From Azolla caroliniana (lineage: Eukaryota > Plantae > Polypodiophyta), in contig JBHGNT010000005.1 in the NCBI GenBank assembly GCA_043228905.1, positions 24,800,001 to 24,864,000 of the forward strand: 64,000 nucleotides of DNA, read 5' to 3'. Position 1 is the stretch's first letter; each line of letters opens with the position of its first letter. Under the pieces are notes generated by a model. The model worked only from the letters and a program-made list of their open reading frames with translations. It did not search any database and had not been told where the DNA came from. Of the stretch, positions 26,962 to 39,463 are shown piece by piece. A program made the position numbers and the translations under genes.

Positions 26962-28871
26962 TCAGCCCCATGCCATATTTGATGCATAATTTACCATAAG
27001 TTTTCCATCGATGCCAAAATTCTGTTTAAGAGAATGATTTATCAAGCTTGCTCTTTGGATTTTATGATTAAAATAAATATCAGAGCTTGTAAAAAAATGA
27101 AAATATACCTCGAATAGATCCGAAACCGTTTCATCAGGACTAGGCGAAAATGCACTGTTGATGTATACAAACTGAATTAAACCAAGAGAGGAAAGATTTG
27201 TTTAATTTGCAAAGTAAACAGAGTCGGATATTTTATTTGCATAACTTGAAAAGGATACTTTAATTTACAAACTAGACAGCATCAAAGATCACTTTGATTT
27301 GTGAAGTGATGAAAAATAATATTAACTTACAAACTAAAAACAGGATTACTGTGGTTGAGATTTTGATGCATTACCGGGCATTGTTTGTGACTGATTACCT
27401 TGGATTATTTACTTTCAAACATCTAGAAACCAGCCTTTACAAATTGGAAGGGTGTAGTAAACACGCTATACATTTGTCTAGTCTTCACCCACTTACATTG
27501 ATCGACAGGGTGATTTCGAAAGTAACATTGACTATGAGGTAGTACGGGAAGTAAGCGTAACCTTTACCTTGGATTATTCATTTTCAAGCATCAACAAACC
27601 AGCCTTTACAAATTTGAGGTTGTAGTAAAAACGCTTTTAACATTGAACTAGTTTTCACCCACTTACATTGATCAGTAGATCGATTTCTGCTAATTTGTAG
27701 CAACATTGACCATGAAGTAAATTCAGTATGAATAACCTCCAAGACACCACACACTACTAATCTACATTGAATAAACGTATCCAGTTTATTTATTTGTAGC
27801 AACATGTGGGGAGGAATTATAGGAAAAGTGGAAAATAGCTTCAAGAGCAGTCATCAATAGCCTCAGTTTTATTCCATACAGACTGAAACCAGCAAAGACT
27901 TGTTGCAACGCAATCCCTATAGTCAGTTTGGACAGCAGCACAAAGGATTTTCTCAGAAACTCTTGTCAAATCCAAAACCAGCTAAGAACCACATTTCAGT
28001 TGTACAGTGCAGATAATGTTGGATACCTTATCTAACGGAGCCCAGCATCTACATGTAACTAAGCAAAAGTAAACGTTGATATAAGTCCAAAAAGTTTTCC
28101 ATGTTCATTGAGATCAGTTTATTTGCTGCTTGTTCCCTGGCACGGGCGGCACGCAAAGGCAACTTCCGCGTTGTTGGCACCGAGATGTGGATATGGTATG
28201 CGAAAGATAATTACACTGGAGAAACTCTCAATATCTAACATGGACTTATAAGGAAGTTGGAATCATGATAACAAATATCATCATATTGCCAGAGATAAAT
28301 GAGTTGACTAAGAAGAAAAGTGCGCCATAGAGGAAAAAGGAAGGAATCACTTTAGAACGATACATACTTTATGTCTCAGCATAACAGGCAAGAAAATTAT
28401 AAACATAGTTGTCACTTATGAAAGTTTGTAAAAAGAACACATTTAATAACAGCATTCAATAACACCAATTCAGCTGAGTGCATACTCTTCAAGAATCTTA
28501 CCACAGTCTCCCGATGTAATTGCCTACGCAAGAAATCGATTACTTTTGCAAATTTCTCCGTTGCATCCACCTGTAAAAAATGTTTCCATTTATTCATTCA
28601 TAGCTAATTTTGCACTGAGTTGATCTACATCGCATGTCTAAGAGTGTGTGTGTGTGTGTATGAAATGCATATCTATAAAATAATCTTCAGTCAAGTACCT
28701 TAAATTTGGACTGCTTGAGAATTGGCACATCTCCTGTGGCCCGGAAAAGTATAACAACTATATTGCATTGTACACAATCAAGACTTTTTTCATGAAATTC
28801 TTACTATAGAAAAAGCTTCTATCTAATAATATAATGACGACATAAAACTAACCTTTTTGCACACCAGACAT
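26962..28871 (-). CDS. ATG12: Ubiquitin-like autophagy protein ATG12; coding exons 28871-28853, 28757-28699, 28570-28502, 27171-27109, 27021-26962; 89 aa
   Basis: Spliced translation [89 protein letters not shown] matches plant ATG12, including the C-terminal AWG. All introns are GT-AG. Confidence 0.96.
27427..27720. repeat. Degenerate tandem duplication (~169-bp period) in an ATG12 intron
   Basis: AAACCAGCCTTTACAAATT...CACCCACTTACATTGATC occurs at ~27427 and ~27596. Confidence 0.8.
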
Positions 28872-29370
28872 ACCTAGATGTTCCACTGACTAATGCCCAT
28901 TTTCTGTAGGAGAAGGGAATGATTGATTACTCTTATATAGTTCAAGCTTGAACGATAATAGCATGTATAAAGACCAGAGATATATTTGCCTCTATATGTT
29001 TCCATACACAATCCTAGTATCAATGTTGCGCAATGCAAAAATTCAAAAACTTCAACAAATCAAGCATTTTGAGACCACAAATCACTGATGGTTGAAGACC
29101 GATGCTTCACAACACAATATTATCCTCTTAGACATCTATCATCCCATAAATATGCCCAGAAGTGCTTACTAATGCAATTGTTATGAAATTGTGATAGATT
29201 TCTTTGTTTGGAGCAGATATGCTTGACGAAATTTTGGGTAAGCTTCCAATCCATATTAACTCAATGACTTGACCCTACAATATGTATGTTTACAAGTCCC
29301 ATATCATCATTATATAGACATGGCTGCAGAGTTCACAGTACATAGTTATCTCTAGTTGTAAGCATCTATA

Positions 29371-29631
29371 CTAGTAAGTGTAGGAACACCATCGCTCATC
29401 TGCAAGTTCATGGCCCGTACCAATGATGGGTAGCAGGTTAGAGGATCTATGATCTGTGCACATCAGAGAAATCTGGTTCTTTACACAATCTTGAATTAGC
29501 TGGTGCTGTATTTCTATGTGTTTCAACTGATTTTGTTGTCTGCTTTCATTATCGATGAAACAGCATTGGATTTCAGCATGTTGGTCCATGTCTAGTGCTA
29601 GTGGAGAAAGCCAAGTGCTTGGTGCCTGCAA
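29371..29631 (-). pseudogene. Old Copia RNase H remnant
   Basis: QNQLKHIEIQHQLIQDCV resembles the Copia HxRTKHIEIRHHFIRD motif. Confidence 0.55.
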
Positions 29632-30679
29632 TATACTTTGCTTTCGTTTAAAAGTGCACTATATGTTATGTCTTTGTGTGCTCGACCAGATTCTTTGCGA
29701 ACACATCACTTTGGCTATCAGTGTGTAATCTTGAACTTCAACATTCTGCTTGCATGTCCACTACTAGTTGAGAAAGCCAAAGTACAATAGATTACAAATT
29801 GCCCCTCATAGTTATTTACACAGTTTTAAAACAATAGGACAATCATACAGCAAATGCTTCAAGAGTTTGCCAGCATTCATCTTATCGAAGACATTTGCAA
29901 ACCCCTAATACCATGGCGGTTCTAAGGAGATAAAGTTGATGACAATGCAAATACAAGAATTTCCTCCTTTTCTGTCTTTGTGCAACCTTTGTTGAAAGAT
30001 CATCGAGATCCAATTGGGCTCTAAACGTGGTGTTGTAGCAATGAAGGACTTGGGTGCGCATTTCTTTTGACAGTTTCTGATTGTTCACTTTCTCCAATCA
30101 ATCTTTGGATTACTAATCACGGAAAACAAAGAACAACTATATGCTTGGGACTACTAATCACCCCGAAGGGAATCACACATGCCAAATTACGAAAAACCAC
30201 ACAAACTGACTTGGACTCTTGGAGTGTATCTGCCAATCACTGCTACAGAAGTTGGACGAGGCATCTTATTCAAGAAGGTTTTCTGTGTCAAGACAAATTT
30301 TCAATCCATAAACCAAGTGCTAGCTTAAGAATCTAGGAGAACTTGTACCACGAAACCTTATTAATTTGATTAGAAGAAATAGAGCCAATATGAAGAATTG
30401 ATTCTGTTGGGGATAAAGGCCCCAAAGGCTCTCCTGTTTTAGTATGTTTTGACCCTTCCATGTGAAAGTTCTCGAGCTTTCTAGACATACTTTCACTATA
30501 TCTTTGGCCCCAAATTGAGGGGTTATAGGCATTTACATTATTTTTATAACTTTTGTTCATTGGCTGTGTGTGAACATGGCAAAATGAACTAAAAGCTACT
30601 TATCAATAATAATTGGTCCCAAACCTCTCATAATGAGATAGGAACTTTTAGCGGCTAGGGTTTCCTCTCCATTTTTCTG

Positions 30680-32752
30680 CACAGTTTTCTCTACTTTCTC
30701 TCTCCAACACAGTAGCACACTCCCATAGTATTTTGGAGAAACTGACCACACCATCACATTATCTCTATCAATTGGTATCATAGCAAGATAGTTTCATCAT
30801 GAAAAAATTCTGTCTCATCAAGTGATTGTGCACGTGCACAGGACAACATTTGATTTTACCTTTTTTGGCGATTATTATTTTTAACTATTGAGTGTAAACA
30901 TGACTACTACCTCCTCTAATCTCAAAAGTTTGTCTAAGATCACGAGATTGGAAGATTGTCGTTTTGATTTATGGCTCTTTCTTAACGATTGTGAAAGGGC
31001 ACTTTTTGAAGTCAAGCTTGAAGATATGACAAATGTAGCATGGATGAAACTAAATAAGAAAGCCATCACTTACATTAAGATGGTTGTATCAGATGAGAAA
31101 TTAGTGGATCTGAAGGGCCTCATGAGAGAATTTGAAAGCTACTTACGAAATTACCACGCCTGCAAATCAAGTGCATATCTCATGCGTAAGCTAGTGTGTA
31201 TACAACTTGAAGTGTCAAAAAGTGCAGCTGAGCACTTATCTGCCTTTACAAGTACTCTCTCACAATTGTCGGACTCAAGTCTACCACCCTTTGATGATAA
31301 GCTTTAAGGCCATATTCTTGTTGATGACCTTACCTAATTAGTGGGAAACATTGGTTGTTTCACTCTCAAATAACCCTAATCTTACGTTTGATGGAATAAA
31401 GGGTTCTATTTTGAATGAGGAAATCAGGAGGAAAGCTAGTGGAGAGGGAAGTGGTTCAACTAATGTGGCTAGAGGGAGAACAAAAAAGAAAAGTGAAAAT
31501 GTATACAGGAATACGAGCAAAATCAAAGGCAAGGTTGGAGTGACTTGTTATCTATGTGGTAGGAAAGGTCATAAGAAGCCTGATTGCAAGTATTACAAAA
31601 CTGAATTAGAAAGAAAGAAGAACATAGGTGAAAAGAAGAAAATGAACATCGAGAATGAAGCACATAACAGCCCCAAGGACAAGGACAAAGAGAAGGCCAA
31701 TGTGGCCTCTAGTGTCATCATTGAGGAGCCATCAGATGTAGAAGATATTCTTTGTGCTACTATGGCAGCAAATCATGCCGAAGTTAATGGTGGTTTGGTT
31801 TTTATTCATGCACAAAATATGTAGATTACAAAGAGCAATCTAATTGATGCCTTGCTTATTCTAAATGATGCTTTATCACAACATGGATTGTGGATTCAAG
31901 TGTATCATTCCATGTTACTCCTATTAAGAAAGTGTTTTACTACCTTTAATACAGGCAGTAACAATCGGCAAAGGTTCGGTTCGGTTTGAGAGGGTTCAAA
32001 CCGAACCGTTTAAATTTTTTGAAACTTGAACCAAACCGCGAAACCGAACCGTTAAACCATTAAACCATTAAAACCGCGGTTTCGTGGTTCGGTTTCGGTT
32101 TTCAACATAGGTCAAATTTTTTATTTTTTAAAATTTATAATATTTCATTATTTAGAATTTTTAAAATTTTTAAGATGTTCCTAAAATGTGAGAATATAAG
32201 GTGTAAAAATGAAAAGATTGTTAAAAAACAATTTTTTAAATTTTTTAGAATTTTTTTAGAATTTATAAAAAGAAATTAAAAAATTAAAAAATTTTAAAAA
32301 TTGAAACTGTTAAACCGCGGTTTCACGGTTCGGTTCGGTTCGGTTCAAACCGAACCGTTGCCGATTGTTAACAGGCAGCCATGGACATGTATATCTTGGA
32401 AATAATCATGCTTGTTCTATTGAAGGTATTGGCACATTGCATCTCATAGTGAATGGTACTAATGAGCTGGTTTTGCATGGTTTTGCATGATGTAAGGTAT
32501 GCACCATCAAGAAAAGCTTATTGTCTGTTGGACAAATGGATATTAATGGATATAGTACCCTCTTTGAGAAAGGGCCATGGAAGTTTATCAAAGGCTCTAG
32601 GCTAAGTGTTAAAGGTACAAAGAAAGGGACTCCGTATTGCTTGCATTGTAAAGCTTTGATGGGCAAGTTTATTGCTTTGCCTGAAATCCATTCATATGTG
32701 GAATTATGTCATAAAAGGCTTGGCCACATGAGCCAAAATGGCCTAGATAAAT
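30680..32752 (+). mobile_element. Older, internally deleted Ty1/Copia element (LTR 3' end at 30770, PBS, gag, protease, GAG-pre-integrase); left boundary unresolved
   Basis: ...CTCTATCA then PBS TGGTATCATAGC at 30773; zinc knuckle CYLCGRKGHKKPDC; WIVDSSVSFH-like protease; HKRLGHMS motif. Interrupted by a MITE and a younger Copia. Confidence 0.85.
31959..32370. mobile_element. hAT-type MITE (412 bp)
   Basis: TIR TAACAATCGGCAA(A/C)GGTTCGGTT; perfect 8-bp TSD ACAGGCAG; subterminal GGTTC/AACCG arrays; AT-rich core. Confidence 0.93.
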
Positions 32753-35700
32753 TATTAGAAATATTGAGAATCGAGTAGATAGGTATATAGAGTTACAACT
32801 GCAGAGATGGATATATGAAAACAGAATTTCTATTACATATGAGAGTAGTTCAAAATGGTAGTTTTCCCATGCGCTCACACCTTAGAGCTTAGATAGGATA
32901 TGGACCGGCTCACTACAAAATTAGTGGGGACTAATGATCAATCTGACCACTGTGTGAGAAAAGTGACTTATAATCTATGTTTGGTCTTAGTATAAATGTG
33001 CAAGTCAGTTGACAGTAGTGGAGATATTCCTTTTCTGTCAACTGACTTGTCATTTAATATGACCCAACTCCCTAGGTACAGGCTAGTGCTAGATAATACT
33101 TATCTTGAAGTCAATGACGCATACTTCAAGACTAAGTACATCGTAACTTGCCCACAAAATATTCTAGCTGACTTGATTAGCCAATCCTTTTATCTATTTC
33201 TCTCTTTCCTAAATATATTGTGTCCTACGCATATACGGTTTCCTAGATTAACACCTTATCGACCCATATGGTCGAGTTGCACACTAGCCGCTCCTCATTT
33301 GGGGCGCTATCACAAAATGTGCACTCTAAGAGCACATATGGGGATAGATTTACAACTTGGGGCTGATCATTGATTATATCTAACACGCCCCCTCAATGAT
33401 CAACCCATTGAGTTCACTTGGAATTGGGCCAACACCTAGTCGTCGAAGGTGTTGTTGCAACTGTTCTGCTCCAAGCGCCTTTGTGAAGATATCTGCAGCA
33501 TTTTCTGATGTTGGACAGTACTCAAGCTCCACAATCTCATCATTTATTAGCTCCCGCACATAGTGATACTGAATCTCTATGTGTTTAGTACGTGCATGAA
33601 ATACGGGGTTCTTGGCAATGGCCATGCAACTCTGATTGTCACACCTCAATACCGTTGCCGTCCTTATTGGGACTGCCACATCCATAAGGATTCTTCTTAG
33701 CCAAACTACCTCGCATGCCGCTATGCATGCTGCTTTGTATTCTACCTCCGTTGAAGATAGTGCCACTGTTGGTTGTTTTTTACTACTCCATGAAACGGCT
33801 CCAGATCCTATTGGAAAACAATATCCAGAAACTGATTTTCTGGAATCACTATCTCCAGCCCAATCGGAGTCGCAATATCCACTAAGTTGGTCAATTGTTG
33901 GCTTGTAGAAGATTCCATAATTTAAAGTACCCACAATGTACTTTAATACACGTAGAGCAGCTTTCCAATGAGTCTCCTTCGGCTTGTTGCTGAATCGACT
34001 CACCACATTGACTGCAAAACAAATATCCGGCCTAGTGTTGCATAGGAAAATTAGACTTCCTACTAGTTGTCTATACTTCCTTATGTCAACCATTGGTGAT
34101 GAGTCTTCTTGGGATAGCTTGCAGTTTGACTCCATTGGAGTCGACTTCGACTTGCTGTCCATCATCCCGAAGGTCTTCAAAATCTCTGTTGCATACTTTC
34201 TTTGTGACATGAAGATGCCGACCGAGGTTTGCCAAACCTCAATTCCAAGGAAGTAGTGTAGAATCCCCAAGTCTGTCATTTCAAACTCAGTTTTCAAACA
34301 CTCTTGTGTTTGGCCAATGCACTCTTCATGGTCACCAGTAAGTACTAGATCATCCACGTAAATGATAATGATGACTTGTTTCCCGTCCTTCATTTTGACA
34401 TACATACTTGCATCCGAAGCACATTGCTTAAAGTCGATTGATCGTAAGAAGCTGTCTATCCTCTTGTTCCAAGCTCTTGGTGCTTGCTTTAGACCATATA
34501 GTGCCTTCTTCAGCTTGCAAACTTTGTTTTCTGAATTCGGTATCTCAAACCCCGGTGGTTGTGTCACATATACCTCCTCCTTGAGATGCCCATTCAGAAA
34601 TGCTGATTTGACATCCATTTGATAAATCGGTCATCCTCTTGAAGCAGCCAACGCTATGACCATTCGAATTGTTGTCATGCGAGCTGTCGGGGCAAATGTT
34701 TCTTGTACATCGAACCCTTCAATTTGGGAGTATCCTTGCGCTACTAGCCTGGCCTTGAATTTCTCCAAAGAGCCATCAGCTTTATACTTTACTTTCCATA
34801 CCCACTTCGTGCCTATCACCTTCTTCTTTGTTGGCCTCTCTACCAACTCCCATGTGTCATTTTTCATGATGCTATCATATTCTGATATCATCGCCTCTTT
34901 CCACTTCGGGTCGGCCATAGCTTCCTCCACCGAGGTCGGCTCACTCACTGAGCCTATGATGTCCACCATCAGAGCCATGTTGACAATGTGGTCAGAGGTT
35001 CTTCCTTGCTCCTGTATTCTTCTTGATCTTCGTAATCCATCAGTTGAAGTTTCAGGAAACTCAACTTTAGGAGTATGATCATTGAAGAGTTGTTGAGCCC
35101 ACTTAGGTATTTTCTTTACATGTGGGACTGGCATAGGCTGAACTAGTGAACCATTACCATCAGATGGTTCAGCTTCCTTTTTTGGATAATGGGTCGGGAT
35201 TGGGTAAAATACTTCTTCAGTTGATGAGATAACTTGAGAATCGTTGTTCTCAGCTAGCTGTGGTTGTTCCTCATCGAACACCACATCGCGGCTTGTCAAT
35301 ATCTTTCTTGCCTCTGGATCGTAGAGTCGATAGGCCTTTGACTCTTCACTATATCCGAGAAAGATACACTTTTTGCTTTTAGCATCCAACTTCTTTCTGC
35401 TCACATCTGGAATATGTGCGTAGCACATACACCCAAAGGTTCTGAAGTGCAGCACTGAAGGTTTCTTGCCTGAATAAGCTTCTTGGGGTGTTTTCCCTTG
35501 AAGTGCCTTCGTGTAGCTCCGATTGAGGATGTAAACTGCTGTGTTCACTGCTTCAGCCCAGAATGGGTCGGGCAGCGCTTGTGCCTTCAACATACACCTA
35601 GCCATCTCGACAACTGTTCGATTTCGACGTTCGACAACGCCATTTTGTTGTGGGGTGTAGGCAGTTGTAAGTTGGCGCTTAATTCCATGCTCTTTGCAAT

Positions 35701-37479
35701 ACTCACAGAATTCTATTGATAAGAATTCTCCACCTCGATCAGAGCGTAGCTCCTTCACTAACTTTCCAGACTCTCGCTCGACAAACTTATGCCATCTTTT
35801 GAAGATTTTAAAAGCTTCAGCCTTCTCCCGAAGGAAGTAAACCCACATCTTTCTGCTGAAGTCGTCGACTATTAGCATATAGTAGAGAGATCCACCCATT
35901 GCAGGAGTCACCATTTTTCCGGAGAGGTCAATGTGTATTAGCTGTAGAGGAGTCTTTGCCCGATTTTGACTCTCTTTTGGAATGGCTGATCTTTGATGCT
36001 TGCCCATCATACAAGCATCACAAACATGACTTAAGTCAGATAGGGTTGGCAACCCAACTACCATATTCGACTTCTTCATCTCCTTCAACACAGCAACGTT
36101 GAGATGCCCAAATCTCTCATGCCATTGCTTTCTGTTGGTACTTGTGCTGTGGTCAGTAGAAATGGTAAACGCGCTCAGCTCATAGAGATTGTTGCGCCTC
36201 ACCCCTATTCCTACAACCTTGCCAGCAGAATCTGTTATTTCTGCACCCGACTTCTTGAATCGAACATCAAGACCCTTGTCAGTCAGTGCAGAAATGGACA
36301 GTAGATTCTTCTTCAGATCTGGCACGTACAACACTTGAGAGAGATGCTTTGTCCCACCGGTCGTTGCTTTGAGGGAGACGGTTCCGGTTCCTTTGGCCGG
36401 ACATCGAGCATTGTTCCCGACCACAACATTGATGGGCTCTTGTAGAGGTGTCCAAGAACTGTACCAGTCACGATTACTGGTCATATGTCGGGATGCTCCA
36501 CTATCGAGAATCCAAGTCTCATCAACAACTTGAGTGTCAACTGAAGGACACACTTCTTCAGTTGCGACCCATAACTCAAGTTCATCTACGACATTGTTAG
36601 CGGACTCGAGCTCTCTCCAAGAAGTCTTATTAGAACCATTCTTCTCATCCGCCATCTTCTTTCGACAATCCTTGATTGTGTGACCCTTCTTGTCACAGTA
36701 GAAACACGATCCATTGAACTTCTTCTTCTTCGGTATCCTATTCGCATTGTTTGAATTGGATGCCCCTTCACCCTTAGTCCTAGAGACAAATGCTGAATCT
36801 TCCCTTTCTTCTCTTGTCTTCAGCCGAAGCTCCTCTTCAAGCAGCATTGCACTTAGTTCATCAAATTTTAAAGGAGTGGGTCGAACCTGAGTGTTCAATG
36901 CTGTCACAATGCCATCATACTTGAAAGGAAGTACTCGAATGCACCGACGAGCCATATCCTCTTGAGAGACGACTACTCCAACAGCCGCCAGCTGATCTTG
37001 AAGATCCTTAATCCTTTTTACAAAGGATTCTACTTTCTCTCCATCAGCGAGCTTCTCTGCAGCAAGCTGATTTTCGAGGTTTTGTATCCTTGTATAGTTT
37101 CTAGTCTCATACTGGCTGGCCAATATGATCCAAGCTTCATGTGCCCTAGTTGTATGTTGCACTAGTGTTAGTACGGAGTCACATACACCAGTGACTATGG
37201 TACATAGCGCATCAGCATTCCTTCTCTTCCAGGCTCGAAGTAGATCAGCATTTGGAGGAATTGATGTGGTAGGGTGTGCAGGGTCAAAGGTTGCCATGGG
37301 CTCAGGGTCTCCCCCTGTGGGTCCCATGATTGTTTCCAACAACTCGTAGGAATCCAAAATGGCAGACATTTTGAACTTCCATAGAGTGTAGTTGGTTCCA
37401 TCTAGCTTTCCATCAAACAATGGAGGTGGGCGAATGCGCAATGGAGCAGCTGCAACATTCGTGGACAAGGCCATTGATA

Positions 37480-37519
<40 letters not shown>

Positions 37520-38222
37520 TTCTCTCTGTTGCTAGACAGCAACTACCCGTATATACCTAATCTAGATCAACCTCTTCACTCTGATACCATATTAGAAATA
37601 TTGAGAATCGAGTAGATAGGTATATAGAGTTACAACTGCAGAGATGGATATATGAAAACAGAATTTCTATTACATATGAGAGTAGTTCAAAATGGTAGTT
37701 TTCCCATGCGCTCACACCTTAGAGCTTAGATAGGATATGGACCGGCTCACTACAAAATTAGTGGGGACTAATGATCAATCTGACCACTGTGTGAGAAAAG
37801 TGACTTATAATCTATGTTTGGTCTTAGTATAAATGTGCAAGTCAGTTGACAGTAGTGGAGATATTCCTTTTCTGTCAACTGACTTGTCATTTAATATGAC
37901 CCAACTCCCTAGGTACAGGGTAGTGCTAGATAATACTTATCTTGAAGTCAATGACGCATACTTCAAGACTAAGTACATCGTAACTTGCCCACAAAATATT
38001 CTAGCTGACTTGATTAGCCAATCCTTTTATCTATTTCTCTCTTTCCTAAATATATTGTGTCCTACGCATCTACGGTTTCCTAGATTAACACCTTATCGAC
38101 CCATATGGTCGAGTTGCACACTAGCCGCTCCTCATTTGGGGCGCTATCACAAAATGTGCACTCTAAGAGCACATATGGGGATAGATTTACAACTTGGGGC
38201 TGATCATTGATTATATCTAACA
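32753..38222 (-). mobile_element. Very young full-length Ty1/Copia element (633-bp LTRs 37590-38222 and 32753-33385)
   Basis: LTRs differ at only 2 positions that I could see; PBS TGGTATCAGAG directly after the 5' LTR; PPT ATTGAGGGGGCG; AAAT(T) on both flanks; complete gag-PR-IN-RT-RH. Confidence 0.97.
33380..37474 (-). pseudogene. Copia gag-pol polyprotein, 1364 codons in one frame with a single in-frame TGA at 34633-34631
   Basis: CFYCDKKGHTIKDC, WILDSGASRH, WHERFGH, integrase DDE, MDVKSAFL, YVDD, DSDWAG, RTKHI. The ORFs 37474-34631 and 34618-33380 are in the same frame, joined by SRG*PIYQMDVK. Confidence 0.95.
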
Positions 38223-38225
38223 AAA

Positions 38226-38590
38226 TTGGTATTTTCTATACTTTCTCTCTCCTCACACAGCAGCCCACTCCCTTGGTGTTTTGGAGCAATTGACTACACC
38301 GTCACATCACCTCTATCAAACTCTACATATCCTGAATTATCCAACCAAATGGCTTTAGTGTTTTCTCTACTTTCTCTCTCCTCACACAGCAGCCCACTCC
38401 CTTGGTGTTTTGGAGCAATTGACCACACCATCACATCACCTCTATCAGACTACATATCCTGAATTCTCCAACCAAATGGCTTTGGTTTTGGCTCCCTTTG
38501 TATTTTGGAGCAACTAACCATACCATCACATCACCTCTATCAGACTCTACATATCCCGAATTCTCCAAACCGAATGGTTTGGTTTTGGCT
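38226..38590 (+). repeat. About 3 tandem copies (~129-bp period) of the LTR 3' end of the outer Copia
   Basis: ACTTTCTCTCTCC..CACAGCAGC..TTTTGGAG..CACCATCACATCACCTCTATCA repeats and matches 30683-30770. Confidence 0.8.
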
Positions 38591-39463
38591 CAATTTACTG
38601 GTTTAACACATCTTCTACTTGCCTCAAACCTTTGACCCATTAGCCTGAGTAGGCTTGGTAGGACTAAAACAGCTGCTAGATGAAAAACGGGAATCAAATG
38701 TGTCACACTTGGTTAACTTGCTGCCTTGATCTATCTGAGAAATTCACTGGCATGTGATCTGAACCACCAGGGTATGGACAGACAAGTTTTCTGCTCACAA
38801 TAAAAGTTCTCAACAATGAGAACAGGATTCAGTACTTAAACATGCCTTGAAGGTGGGATGCTACCATTGCAGCATATGTCTACTATGGTCAAGGGATTCA
38901 TGTTTGATGGCACTCAGTAAGCCTCTCAGGTAAACGATCATCACATGGCAGAGCTCAACTAATAGACTACGTAAAGTGATTTTGGTTCTTGTAGAGAACC
39001 TATGAGGAATAGAACATAAATTTTAATAGGAATGCTGTAGAGAATATATTCATTCTATCAGAATCTTGTAGATGTAACAAACAGAAAGGGATTTTTGAAG
39101 GGCAAACCTAAATAATCTAGATGGATTGGAAGCTAATTACCCAAAACTATGTTGACTACGAATGTCCATAGGTATGAAGATACCTTCAAGAACGCAGATA
39201 TTCTATGCATACAGAAACCCATCAATGCATTGCTATGCCCAATGTACAAGGATAATAGATGAGGATTGGTATTTCGTCCCCCACCACAAACACCAAGAAG
39301 CACTAGAGGCTCTGGAGGAGTGGTTATATTGTTCAAAAAGGAGCTCCATGATAGAATGCATGTTGTGCATAAGGATATAGATGCAGGATATATATGGACA
39401 CGAATCAAATCAGCGAACCTTAGAGAACTATACATTGCAATTTGCCACTTTCCACCTGTGCAC

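Noticed and set aside
32996-33373. 125-aa ORF duplicated at 37833-38210
   Set aside because: Lies antisense within the two LTRs, so the duplication is explained by the LTRs; no recognisable domain.
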